A stretch of 64,000 nucleotides of DNA from NCBI GenBank assembly GCA_948607205.1, contig CAPERS010000006.1:1799-65798 (forward strand), given 5' to 3'. Below the pieces are notes generated by a model. It ran no database searches and was not told the origin of the DNA. It saw only the letters and a program-made list of their open reading frames with translations. The stretch's first letter is position 1. Every line of letters starts with the position of its first letter. The position numbers and the translations under genes were made by a program. Shown one piece after another: positions 36,505-45,400 of the stretch. This DNA is from an uncultured Eubacteriales bacterium. Its GTDB lineage: Bacteria > Bacillota > Clostridia > Christensenellales > UBA1242.

Positions 36505-36558
36505 TAAAAAAGTCACGACCAATTCGCCAACGAAGTGCGAATTGCGTTTGGTCGTGAA
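36505..36558 (-). terminator. second of two tandem terminators after the tRNA
   Basis: Minus strand: TCACGACCAA..GCGAA / TTCGC..TTGGTCGTGA long stem followed by T6. Confidence 0.7.
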
Positions 36559-36561
36559 ATG

Positions 36562-36599
36562 AAAAAACAAGCTCAAAAGCGATGCTTTTTGAACTTGTT
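36562..36599 (-). terminator. first terminator after the tRNA
   Basis: Minus strand: AACAAGTTCAAAA-loop-TTTTGAGCTTGTT followed by T6. Confidence 0.7.
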
Positions 36600-36631
36600 C
36601 AAAAACGAGCACAGAGTGCAGTTTTTTCATT

Positions 36632-36708
36632 TGGTTGCGGGAGTTGGATTTGAACCAACGACCTTCGGGTTATGAGCCCGACGAGCTTCCGAGCTGCTCT
36701 ATCCCGCG
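36632..36708 (-). tRNA. initiator tRNA-fMet (anticodon CAT), CCA encoded
   Basis: Minus strand: CGCGGGATAGAGCAGCTCGGAAGCTCGTCGGGCTCATAACCCGAAGGTCGTTGGTTCAAATCCAACTCCCGCAACCA. C1-A72 mismatch and three G-C pairs in the anticodon stem. Close to E. coli tRNA-fMet. Confidence 0.9.
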
Positions 36709-36720
36709 TCAACAATATTA

Positions 36721-36749
36721 AGTATATGCATGTTTCTCTCGTTTGTCAA
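36721..36749 (-). promoter_or_regulatory. tRNA-fMet promoter
   Basis: Minus strand: TTGACA, 17-bp spacer, TATACT, 12 nt before the tRNA 5' end. Confidence 0.6.
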
Positions 36750-36764
36750 GAGTTTTTTGCAAAT

Positions 36765-37424
36765 TTATACAAAATAAATTGACGCAGATAAAATTAACAG
36801 TGATAAAATCCTTAAAATGTTTGAAATAATGGTTGTCGTTTTGTTTTTTGTGGCAAATATTTCCAGAAGTGTATGCACGCTCATAAAGAGTGCAGAGAAC
36901 AGATAGAGTATTGCAGGAACAATTGTTTTTGTTGTCAATATGACAGCAACCGATTGCATGAAGAACGCAAGAAGAAGAGAAAGGTTGAAGCTAATCATAA
37001 GATTGGTTTGCCAAGTAAAGTCTTTTTTGACAATTTTGACAATGAAAGCAATCCCTGCGCCAAAGAATAATCCTGAAAGTAGCGCCCAAAGAGAGAAGTT
37101 TGTTTGGCTTACGCCAGCGCAAAGGAAAAGAAGAAGGGCAACTAAGTTTGCGCTTGGCAAAATATAAACGCTCGCTTTGCCAGCGGTTGTGCATTTGAAT
37201 GCCTCAAAGCATATGAGAACTGCCATGCCAAGAGAGATAAGAAGGGTGTAAGCGCCATATGCAGAATTGAGATTTGCCGAAGTTAAAGCAAGCGCAAGAC
37301 ATGACAAAAGTGCCAAACACTTCACAAGAATGTTTTGCCATTTTGAATCCCATTTTGTCAGCGTATAGAAAGCTCCTAGAATGACACTGACGATTGTCAT
37401 AAGAATAAATGCGACAAGTATCAT
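36765..37424 (-). CDS. polytopic membrane protein (219 aa; YhhN-like is only a guess)
   Basis: Seven to eight hydrophobic helices. No SD; the promoter abuts the ATG. Confidence 0.55.
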   Translation of the reverse strand: MILVAFILMTIVSVILGAFYTLTKWDSKWQNILVKCLALLSCLALALTSANLNSAYGAYTLLISLGMAVLICFEAFKCTTAGKASVYILPSANLVALLLFLCAGVSQTNFSLWALLSGLFFGAGIAFIVKIVKKDFTWQTNLMISFNLSLLLAFFMQSVAVILTTKTIVPAILYLFSALFMSVHTLLEIFATKNKTTTIISNILRILSLLILSASIYFV

Positions 37425-37430
37425 GAATAT

Positions 37431-37458
37431 ATTTTAACCTAAAATTAAAAAATATCAA
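37431..37458 (-). promoter_or_regulatory. promoter abutting the ATG at 37424 (leaderless candidate)
   Basis: Minus strand: TTGATA, 16-bp spacer, TAAAAT, then ATATTC, then ATG. Confidence 0.5.
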
Positions 37459-37469
37459 AGCGAATTGTT

Positions 37470-37500
37470 TAAAAAAAGATAGAATTCTCTATCTTATTTT
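37470..37500. terminator. bidirectional terminator after metG
   Basis: A7-AGATAGA-attc-TCTATCT-T run. Confidence 0.7.
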
Positions 37501-37511
37501 TAATTAATATT

Positions 37512-39527
37512 TCAATCTTTTTTTTCATTATTACGCTTTTCAAGTTCTTCAAGTTGAACTTTGTGACGTTTGAAAAAGTCTTCTTTTTCATAAAGAGTTT
37601 TAAGTTTTCGGTCAACGTTTTTTAAAACGCTGTAAAATTCGTTAAAAATATTTTTCCAATCAAAGCATTTTTCTAGGTCGAAACCAAAATACTTAGCCAC
37701 ATTTTCTGTTCCAGAAGGCGCGATAGGGTGAAGTAGAGTGTTTGCAACAAAAATCATTTGTGCAGTGTTGGCGGTGAGTTTTTCAAGTTTTTCTTTGTCA
37801 GTTGCAAGCGCAATTTCTTTAACCCAATATTTATTGATATTTCTCACAAACACATCAAGTGCGTTGTAAACTTGGTGAAATTTTTTGTCAAACATAAAGC
37901 GTTCAACATCAAGGATAACCTTTTCGCAATCTTTCATAACGCTCTCGTCAATTTTAACCTTTGGCAAGATACCTTGGAAATTGTTTTGAGTTGAGTAGAA
38001 AAGTGTTCTCAAAATTCGGTTAAAGACGTTCGTCAAAAGGTTGCCTTCTTTGACCATTGGGTCTATGGCTTCGCTGTCAGCATTTGGGTCAAATGCTTTT
38101 GGTGAAAGGCTGACATTGTTATTTGCAAGATTCATGCCAAGGAAGTGCATGCGGAACTGCTCAGGTGTGTAAAACTTCAAAAATTCTTCTGCCATAGGTG
38201 GCTTAACTGCACCTGATGAACTTGCTTTTGAATTCATATACAAAATTGACTTGATAGGGCAAATGCGAGTTATCTGCAATGCATTTTTCTTTTTAAGTTC
38301 AGGATTTTTGCCTTGCATTGAAAGAAAAAGTGCTTGCTGTGCTGGGCCATAAAAATAGAGGTTATCTTCGCCCATAAATTGATAAACTTGCGCGTCTGGC
38401 GAACACCAATATTTTTTCCACTCGTTTTCATCTTTTCCAATGCTTTCAAGATATGTTTTTGTGAATGTAATAGGCGCCCAAAGGCTTTCAGGCCAAACAT
38501 AGAAAGTTTGATTTTTAAGCCCCTGAATTTCAGGACAAGGCACGCCCCAAGCAATATCACCAGTAAGACGGAAAGGTGTGAGCGTTTTGCCAGTGCGATA
38601 ACGTATTCCATTTTGTGCCAGAATCTCACATGCCTTTTCGCGCTCTTCAAGTTTATCAAAAGTTATGGTCATACTTGGTGCTTTTTCATGTCTTTCAAGT
38701 TCGGTGAATTTTGGTAAGGTGCCTTTAATATCATTAAATTTTTCAAAGAATTCTCTTTTTATATACAGTTCTGGTTTTTTAAAAAATTCTTTTATCTCTT
38801 TCACCATGAAAGAAGGGGTGTCACTGCGTCTTTCAATTGAAGATATCCATTCAGAGAGAATTTCATTGCAATCTTCAAGTTTGAAATATAGGTTTTCAAT
38901 TTTGACAAGTTCTGGTTTTTTTCCACTAAGTGTGCTGACTGGGTCGATAAGGTCTTGTGGCAAATATTGATGACCAAGGTCGCATTCGTCAGCATAACCT
39001 TTTTCACTTTGACATCCTTCAACAGGACATTTTCCAATCACCTGACGTCCGTTCAATAGGCAACCATGTGCTTTATCATAAAATTGCCATGATGCGCGTT
39101 TTGAAACCATGCCCACTTCGTTCAGCTTTTCGATAAATTCACGGCTGACATCTTTGTGAATTTCGCCAGACCTTCCAAAAGCAGATGCAGAAAAAAGATT
39201 GAAGCCAATTTCAAAATTTTCAAAGATTTCCTTTTGTTTTAAGTGATTTGATTTGACATAATCTTCAATCTTTGAATTTTTGTCAAGCGTGCCTTTTTCT
39301 TGAAGTGCGCGAAAAGACTCATAGGCAGGTGAGCCATAACAGTCAGTTCCAGAAACGAAAATAACATTTTCTTTGCCAATTCGGTCACGCATAAAACGTG
39401 CAAAAAAGTCAGCACGAACGGTCATTCCAACATGACCATAGTGCAAAAGTTTGTTTCCATAAGGCATTCCGCTTGTTATAATTGCTTTTTTGGGACATTC
39501 AGGTCTTGGTCTTACAAAATTTTCCAT
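37512..39527 (-). CDS. metG: methionine--tRNA ligase (variant KASSS in place of KMSKS)
   Basis: HIGH region PYGNKLLHYGHVG, zinc knuckle CPVEGCQSEKGYADECDLGH. The KMSKS position reads NSKASSSG (nt 38214-38228). Confidence 0.88.
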   Translation of the reverse strand: MENFVRPRPECPKKAIITSGMPYGNKLLHYGHVGMTVRADFFARFMRDRIGKENVIFVSGTDCYGSPAYESFRALQEKGTLDKNSKIEDYVKSNHLKQKEIFENFEIGFNLFSASAFGRSGEIHKDVSREFIEKLNEVGMVSKRASWQFYDKAHGCLLNGRQVIGKCPVEGCQSEKGYADECDLGHQYLPQDLIDPVSTLSGKKPELVKIENLYFKLEDCNEILSEWISSIERRSDTPSFMVKEIKEFFKKPELYIKREFFEKFNDIKGTLPKFTELERHEKAPSMTITFDKLEEREKACEILAQNGIRYRTGKTLTPFRLTGDIAWGVPCPEIQGLKNQTFYVWPESLWAPITFTKTYLESIGKDENEWKKYWCSPDAQVYQFMGEDNLYFYGPAQQALFLSMQGKNPELKKKNALQITRICPIKSILYMNSKASSSGAVKPPMAEEFLKFYTPEQFRMHFLGMNLANNNVSLSPKAFDPNADSEAIDPMVKEGNLLTNVFNRILRTLFYSTQNNFQGILPKVKIDESVMKDCEKVILDVERFMFDKKFHQVYNALDVFVRNINKYWVKEIALATDKEKLEKLTANTAQMIFVANTLLHPIAPSGTENVAKYFGFDLEKCFDWKNIFNEFYSVLKNVDRKLKTLYEKEDFFKRHKVQLEELEKRNNEKKD

Positions 39528-39559
39528 AAATTTAATTCCTTTATTTTATAAGTTAATGT

Positions 39560-40141
39560 TTAAGAATTTTTAATAAATTGCAGTTTGCTTTTTATTCGGG
39601 TTAGGGCGTTGTCAATGCTTTTTTTTGACATGTTTGCTTTTTCCGATATTTCATTATATGAAAAGCCTTTAAGATAAAGCGATAACACTTTGATTTCAAG
39701 TGCGCTCAATGTTTTTTTGATTTTCTCTTGAAGTTCTGCTATGCTCTCTTTTTCAAAAACTGTTTGGTCTGGTTGTGGCAGAGAGGAAGGCAAGATGATT
39801 TCAAGAGAGTCATCTTCCTCATCATTTTGCTCAGAGATTGGTAATGCACTTGACAACACCATGTTTTTTTGCGAAGAAGCAACTTTGATTGCTGAAATAA
39901 TCTGATGTTTTATGCACATGCTCGCAAAAGTCTTGAAAGATGCATTTTTATTATCTGAGAAGTTTTGAATTGCTTTATATAAGCCAATCATTCCTTCTTG
40001 GATTATGTCTTCAAATTCACCACCAAGAAGAAAATAACTTCGAGAAATTTTGTTGACAATGTTTTTGTATTTGCCGAAAATGTCATTGAGTGCCTTTGTG
40101 TCGCCTTGTCTGGCTTGTAGCGCCAATTCTTCATCTGTCAT
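39560..40141 (-). CDS. sigH: RNA polymerase sigma factor, SigH-like
   Basis: Sigma-70 region 2 (DIIQEGMIGLYKAIQNF) and region 4 HTH (GFSYNEISEKANMSKKSIDNALTRIK). Lies downstream of mrnC-rlmB as in Bacillus. AAGGAGG SD. Confidence 0.75.
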   Translation of the reverse strand: MTDEELALQARQGDTKALNDIFGKYKNIVNKISRSYFLLGGEFEDIIQEGMIGLYKAIQNFSDNKNASFKTFASMCIKHQIISAIKVASSQKNMVLSSALPISEQNDEEDDSLEIILPSSLPQPDQTVFEKESIAELQEKIKKTLSALEIKVLSLYLKGFSYNEISEKANMSKKSIDNALTRIKSKLQFIKNS

Positions 40142-40152
40142 TTCATGCCTCC

Positions 40153-40872
40153 TTATCTTTTTCCTCTCAAAATTTCAAAAAGGATAATTCCGCATGCAAC
40201 GCTTGCGTTTAGCGAATTGACTTTGCCTTTCATTGATAGGGCAAGCACACTGTCGCATTCGGTAAGAATGCTTGGCTTGATTCCTTTGCCTTCTGAACCA
40301 ATTATGACAGCAGTTCCACCGCAGAAAGTTTTGTTGAAAATGTTTTCGCCTGATGCTTCTGCACCATAAATCCAAACGCCATTGTCTTTTAAAACAGAAA
40401 TTGCGTCTTTAAGATTTGTCACTTTTGCTATCATCATATTGCTTATTGCGCCGGTGCTTGAACGAATGACAGTTTCGTTAACTTGACAGGCGCGGTTTTT
40501 TGGAATGATAATTCCATGCACGCCTGCACATTCGCATGAACGAATGATTGCGCCAAAATTGTGAGGGTCTTCAATGCCATCGAGAAGAACAATGAAAGGG
40601 TCTTCATGTTTTTCTTTGGCTTTTGCCAAAATTTCATCAACCGACGCATAGACAAAATCAACACATTCGGCAATATAGCCTTGATGATGTGCTGTTTTTG
40701 ATTTTTTGTCTAGAATTTGCCTTGGGAGATATTCAACTTTAACCTTGTTAAAACTTGCAAGTGCCAAGATTTCATCACGTCTTCCTTGAAAGTTTTTGTC
40801 AACCATGATTTTGTTTATGGTTGTGTTGCTTTTAAAAGCCTCCCTTATTGCATTTTTGCCTTCAATTAACAT
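40153..40872 (-). CDS. rlmB: 23S rRNA 2'-O-methyltransferase, TrmH/SpoU family (RlmB-like)
   Basis: SpoU substrate-binding N-terminus, DGIEDPHNFGAIIRS, IGSEGKGI, SLNASVACGIILFE. Confidence 0.85.
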   Translation of the reverse strand: MLIEGKNAIREAFKSNTTINKIMVDKNFQGRRDEILALASFNKVKVEYLPRQILDKKSKTAHHQGYIAECVDFVYASVDEILAKAKEKHEDPFIVLLDGIEDPHNFGAIIRSCECAGVHGIIIPKNRACQVNETVIRSSTGAISNMMIAKVTNLKDAISVLKDNGVWIYGAEASGENIFNKTFCGGTAVIIGSEGKGIKPSILTECDSVLALSMKGKVNSLNASVACGIILFEILRGKR

Positions 40873-40923
40873 TTATTTTTGCCTTTTAAATTTGGTTGTG
40901 TATTGATTTTATGTAAAAAATCA

Positions 40924-41316
40924 TTAATCTTTTTTCACTGAGAATTCGAGAATTTCATTGAGTCTCTCAGTATTTTCACTCAGGTATAGAAAACCAATAA
41001 GTGCTTCAAACGCTGTTGCATAGGAGTAGTCCTTTATGCTTGCATTTTTTGCCTGATGTTTTGGCTTTGCATTGCGTGCTCGGCGAACGATTTCACTTTC
41101 CTCTTCACTGAGAGAGGGGAGAAGTCTTTCCAAAACTTTTGCCTGCGCAGAGGCTTTGCATAGCGCAGATGCTTTTCCATGGAAATCGTCCATCTTGCCA
41201 CAATATTGCATCAAAACATATTCACGAACAAAGTTGGTGTGAATGCTGTCACCAAGAAAGGCAAGCGAGAGAAGATTTTCTAATTTGAGTTTTTGAAGAA
41301 GTTCTTGTTTTGTCAC
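40924..41316 (-). CDS. mrnC: Mini-ribonuclease 3
   Basis: LAFLGDSIHTNFVREY catalytic motif, 130 aa, GTG start after a GAGG SD. Confidence 0.85.
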   Translation of the reverse strand: MTKQELLQKLKLENLLSLAFLGDSIHTNFVREYVLMQYCGKMDDFHGKASALCKASAQAKVLERLLPSLSEEESEIVRRARNAKPKHQAKNASIKDYSYATAFEALIGFLYLSENTERLNEILEFSVKKD

Positions 41317-41328
41317 AAATGCCTCGCT

Positions 41329-42420
41329 TTAAACGTTAAAACGGAACAAAACAACATCGCCGTCAACAAAAACATAGTCCTTTCCTTCAATGCGCACTTT
41401 GCCTTTTTCTTTTGCTTTGACAAAACTTCCGCACTCAACAAGGTCACCATAAGAAACTATTTCTGCTTTTATGAAACCTTTTTCGAAATCGGAGTGAATT
41501 TTTCCGGCAGCCTGAGGTGCTTTTGTGCCTTTTTTGATTGTCCAAGCACGCACTTCTTTTTCGCCGGCTGTTAAATAACTCATAAGGCCAAGCAGGTCAT
41601 AACTTGCTGAAACCAATTTTTCAAGTCCGCTTTCTTTGATGCCGAGTTCATCTTTGAAAACTTGACGCTCTTCTTCTGGAAGAGAAATAAGTTCTTCTTC
41701 AATCTTTGCGCAAAGAGAGATAACTTTTGCATTTTCTTTTGAAGCATAATCTCTAACGCGTTTGACATGTTCGTTTTCGCTTTTGCCAAGGTCATCTTCG
41801 CCAACGTTTGCCACGTAAATAAGTGGTTTTGCTGTGAGAAGTTGAAGATTTTTAAGTATCAATTTTTCTTCTTCATCATATTCAAGCGTTCTTGCCATTT
41901 GATTGTTTTCAAGCGCCTCTTTAACCTTTTTCATAAGTTCCACGCTTGCAATCAAACTTTTATCGCCTGTTTTAACAAGTTTTGCATCTTTTTCAAGTTT
42001 TTTTGTCACTTGTTCAAGGTCTGCAAGCGCCAGTTCAAGATTGATAACTTCAATATCAGCAATTGGGTCAATTTTGCCACTTACATGAATGATTTTTTCA
42101 TTTTCAAAGCATCTGACCACATGCACAATGGCATCAACTTCGCGAATATGGCTTAAAAATTTGTTTCCAAGCCCTTCGCCTTTGCTTGCGCCTGCGACAA
42201 GCCCTGCGATATCCACAAATTCAATGGATGCAGGTGTGATTTTTTGTGTGTTATACATTTTTCCAAGCACAATGAGTCTTTCATCTGGCACATCAACAAT
42301 GCCAACATTTGGTTCAATTGTGCAAAATGGATAGTTGGCACTCTCTGCGCCTGCTTCTGTGATAGCATTAAAGAGAGTGCTTTTTCCAACGTTTGGGAGT
42401 CCTACTACGCCAATTTTCAT
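41329..42420 (-). CDS. ychF: ribosome-binding ATPase YchF
   Basis: [39 protein letters not shown]-terminal TGS-like [13 protein letters not shown]. Confidence 0.95.
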   Translation of the reverse strand: MKIGVVGLPNVGKSTLFNAITEAGAESANYPFCTIEPNVGIVDVPDERLIVLGKMYNTQKITPASIEFVDIAGLVAGASKGEGLGNKFLSHIREVDAIVHVVRCFENEKIIHVSGKIDPIADIEVINLELALADLEQVTKKLEKDAKLVKTGDKSLIASVELMKKVKEALENNQMARTLEYDEEEKLILKNLQLLTAKPLIYVANVGEDDLGKSENEHVKRVRDYASKENAKVISLCAKIEEELISLPEEERQVFKDELGIKESGLEKLVSASYDLLGLMSYLTAGEKEVRAWTIKKGTKAPQAAGKIHSDFEKGFIKAEIVSYGDLVECGSFVKAKEKGKVRIEGKDYVFVDGDVVLFRFNV

Positions 42421-42431
42421 ATTATTTCCTT

Positions 42432-45400
42432 TTATTGTTTTCCGTCTTCATTTTCATTTTTTTCTGTTTTAATTTGAGGTATTTCGTTGTTTTGCAAGAG
42501 TTCTTCGAAAGCTTTTTTCTCTTCCTCATTTAAAATGCCTTGTTCTTTCTTGCGTTCAAGTTCCTTTTTCTTTTCTTCATCAAGTTGTTTCTTTTTCTCG
42601 TCCTCATCTTTTTCTTTGACATCTTTGCTTTTGATTCTAAAAACGAAAGTTGAGTTTGTTTTGCCTTTATCGGTCACATTCTTTGAAAATTTTGAAATAA
42701 CTTTTTTGAAGGCTTTTTCGCTCTTAGACGACTTCACGCTCTTTTCATTTGACATTTTGCCAATTGATGCATTGAACGATTCAATTGAAAAGTCTTTGTT
42801 TGAACTTGCAAAAGTTTTTGGGTCAACATTGAGCGCTTTAAGGCATGCTTGAAATTTCTCACTCTTTGTCAGTTCGAAAAGTTTATCTCTAAGAAGGCCT
42901 TCATCTCCTGTCTGGAAGTTTTGGGCGGAAAATTCTTTGTTGACTTTGTTTATCATATCAGTCATTTCTTGAAGCGCTGAATTTTTGGTGTAAGCGGTTA
43001 TCGCTTTGTTTTCTTTATCTGAGATATTTTGCTCAGTTGAAGACTTTTTGAGTGTTTCTCTTCCAGCCCTGAAATGTGCCTTAGCACTTTCTTTAGTCAC
43101 TTTTTGTTCAAGCGCTCTGAGGTTTCTTGTTGTGTCTTGAAGTCCTGCAATTTCACTGCCTTTAATCATTTTTTTGATGTCTTTTTCATCAAGAGTTGTG
43201 CATGCAATCAAGAATTCATCAGTGAGAATCTTGTCAAATGCATTAACATAAGTCAAATTTTCCATTGCTATTTCATTTTTCATTGTTTTAAATTTGTCAA
43301 AAATTGCTTGTCTTAAAATAGGGGTCATATCTTTTGTTGAACTATCATTTTTGAGGTTTGCTTTCACTTGAAGCACAATGTCTGCAAAAATTTGTGTATC
43401 AGTTTCAAAGATAGGTGTGTTTCTATCTTGCTTTTTCACTTCATTATTGACAATTGATATAATTGAATTTAACTTTTCTTCAAGTCTTGGGTCGTCTGGT
43501 GAAAACTTGGTTGATTCAATCATCTTTTTGATTGCGTCTTCGCCAAGGTTTCTGCCATCAAGGCGTTTGCTTGACTTGCAGTGTTCAATCAATTTTTCTT
43601 GAAGTTCGCTTGCATTTTGAATGTCACCATTTTTAACATCGTTCTTGATTTTGTCACAAATTACAGGAGCAAATTTTTCAAGAGCAGGAGTGATAATTTT
43701 TTTAATAAATTCATTTTGTTGAGCGTAAGCATTTTCGATTCCGTGCTTTGCACTTACAGCATATTCTTTTGCAGAGAAATCATCTTCTTCACTTTCAGTT
43801 TGAAGTTCGTCAAGGTTTTTGACTTGATTCATATACATATCGTTCAAAATATTAAATTTAATATAACTTCTGATTTCGCCATTTGCAAGAGCGTTTGCAA
43901 GTGTAAGAATTTTTGTGCTGTTATCTTCGCTTAGAGTATCATCGTTTGAAAGCGTAACAAGGTTGATAAGCAGTTTTTCTTGCTCTGCGTTCACTTCCAT
44001 ATTGTTTGACTTAAGAATGTTTTTAACATTCTTTTCATAATCTTTGACATCTTTTGGGTCAAAATTTTTGTTTTTGATAAGTTCTGCTGTCTTTTTAGGA
44101 AGTTGCTTGAAGAGAGTTTCAACTTGTTTGTCAATATTTTCTTCAATATTTTTGTTTGCATCATGAAGAGAAATCAAAGTTTTGATTTCATTATCATCAG
44201 ATAAATTGTCACCCGTTAAAGCCATAATTTCTTTGTTTTTAAGGATTTCATCAAGTTCAAGTTTGCTTAGCATTTCCTTATTTGCTTGGCTCTTGACTTT
44301 TGAAATGAGGACTTGTCTGATATATTTTTCAATTTCTCTTTCAAAGTTCATGATTGGCTCAGTGAGTTTTGCAGAGAATGGAACGATTGAGAAATTTGAT
44401 TTCAATGCAGTTGGATTGAATTGTTGTGAAAGTGATTCAAAGAAATCAGTTTGCTCAAGGAGATGATTTCGCTTTTGCAAGAGTTCTTTAATGTTGTTGC
44501 TTTTTGCATGACTTTGCACTGACATAAGTTCGGTTGTGAAAACTTTTCTGCCGAAAATAAAGCCGTTGTCGCCACCATTTCCAAACATGCTTGTTTCTGC
44601 TCCGTCTGTTATTTGAGATAATGAATTTTCAGTTGCTCCTGCAAACTTGCCATATTTTTCAAAATAGTTTTCGGCGTCTTGAAGATTTGCCACTGCGCTT
44701 GCATAGGCATATTGTTTTGTCATGTTGACAATATCTTGTTTAGTAGGGCAGACTGGCTGATTTTCAGTTGCCATAACTTTTGTTGTGAAGTTCATTGCTT
44801 CTGCAAAGGCTTCACGTTGCTGGCTGTCGATATCACGTTTTTTCTGATATTGTCCAAGTTCGTATGCTCGTTGTTGTGCACTTTCAATGTCTTTCACGCC
44901 ATCTGCAACCAATGAGCAAACTTGGCCGTGAATGTTTTCTGAAAAGATAGAATAGAAATTGTCAACAACTTGAGGATTGTGTTGTTCCGAAAAAGCATAG
45001 TGTTGAGCAATCGCATTTTTATGCTTTTCAACCATTTGGAGAATTTGAGCATCGTTGAAAGTTGCTTCTCTTTTTCCGTTTTCGCTAAGGTTTTCACCTG
45101 TCAAGATGCGTTTAACAAAAATTTCACTTCCGTTGATTATCATTTCGTCGTTTGCTTTTTTTGCTTGTTGAACTTTGGCTTGTGAGCCGTTATATTGGCT
45201 GAGTTTGTCAAGAGTATTTTTTGTTCTTGCATGAGCGCCAAGTTGTTCACTGAGTTTTGCTTTTATCTCACTGTTTGCTTCTGAGAAATGCTTATTGATA
45301 ATTTCATCAATATCTTTTTGGTTGCTGTGGTCATTGATTTTTTTGATATCTTCAATAATCTTAGCATTCTTGTTGTTTCCGTTTGCGCCATAAACTTTGA

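Noticed and set aside
36367-36630. Track ORFs 36367-36630 (-) and 36164-36370 (-) in the tRNA-proximal gap; also a full integrated element at tRNA-fMet.
   Set aside because: The first ORF is composed of the two tRNA terminator hairpins, and the second is antisense to an SD-bearing plus-strand ORF. No integrase is present and only a 7-nt att-like match exists, so at most this is a relic.
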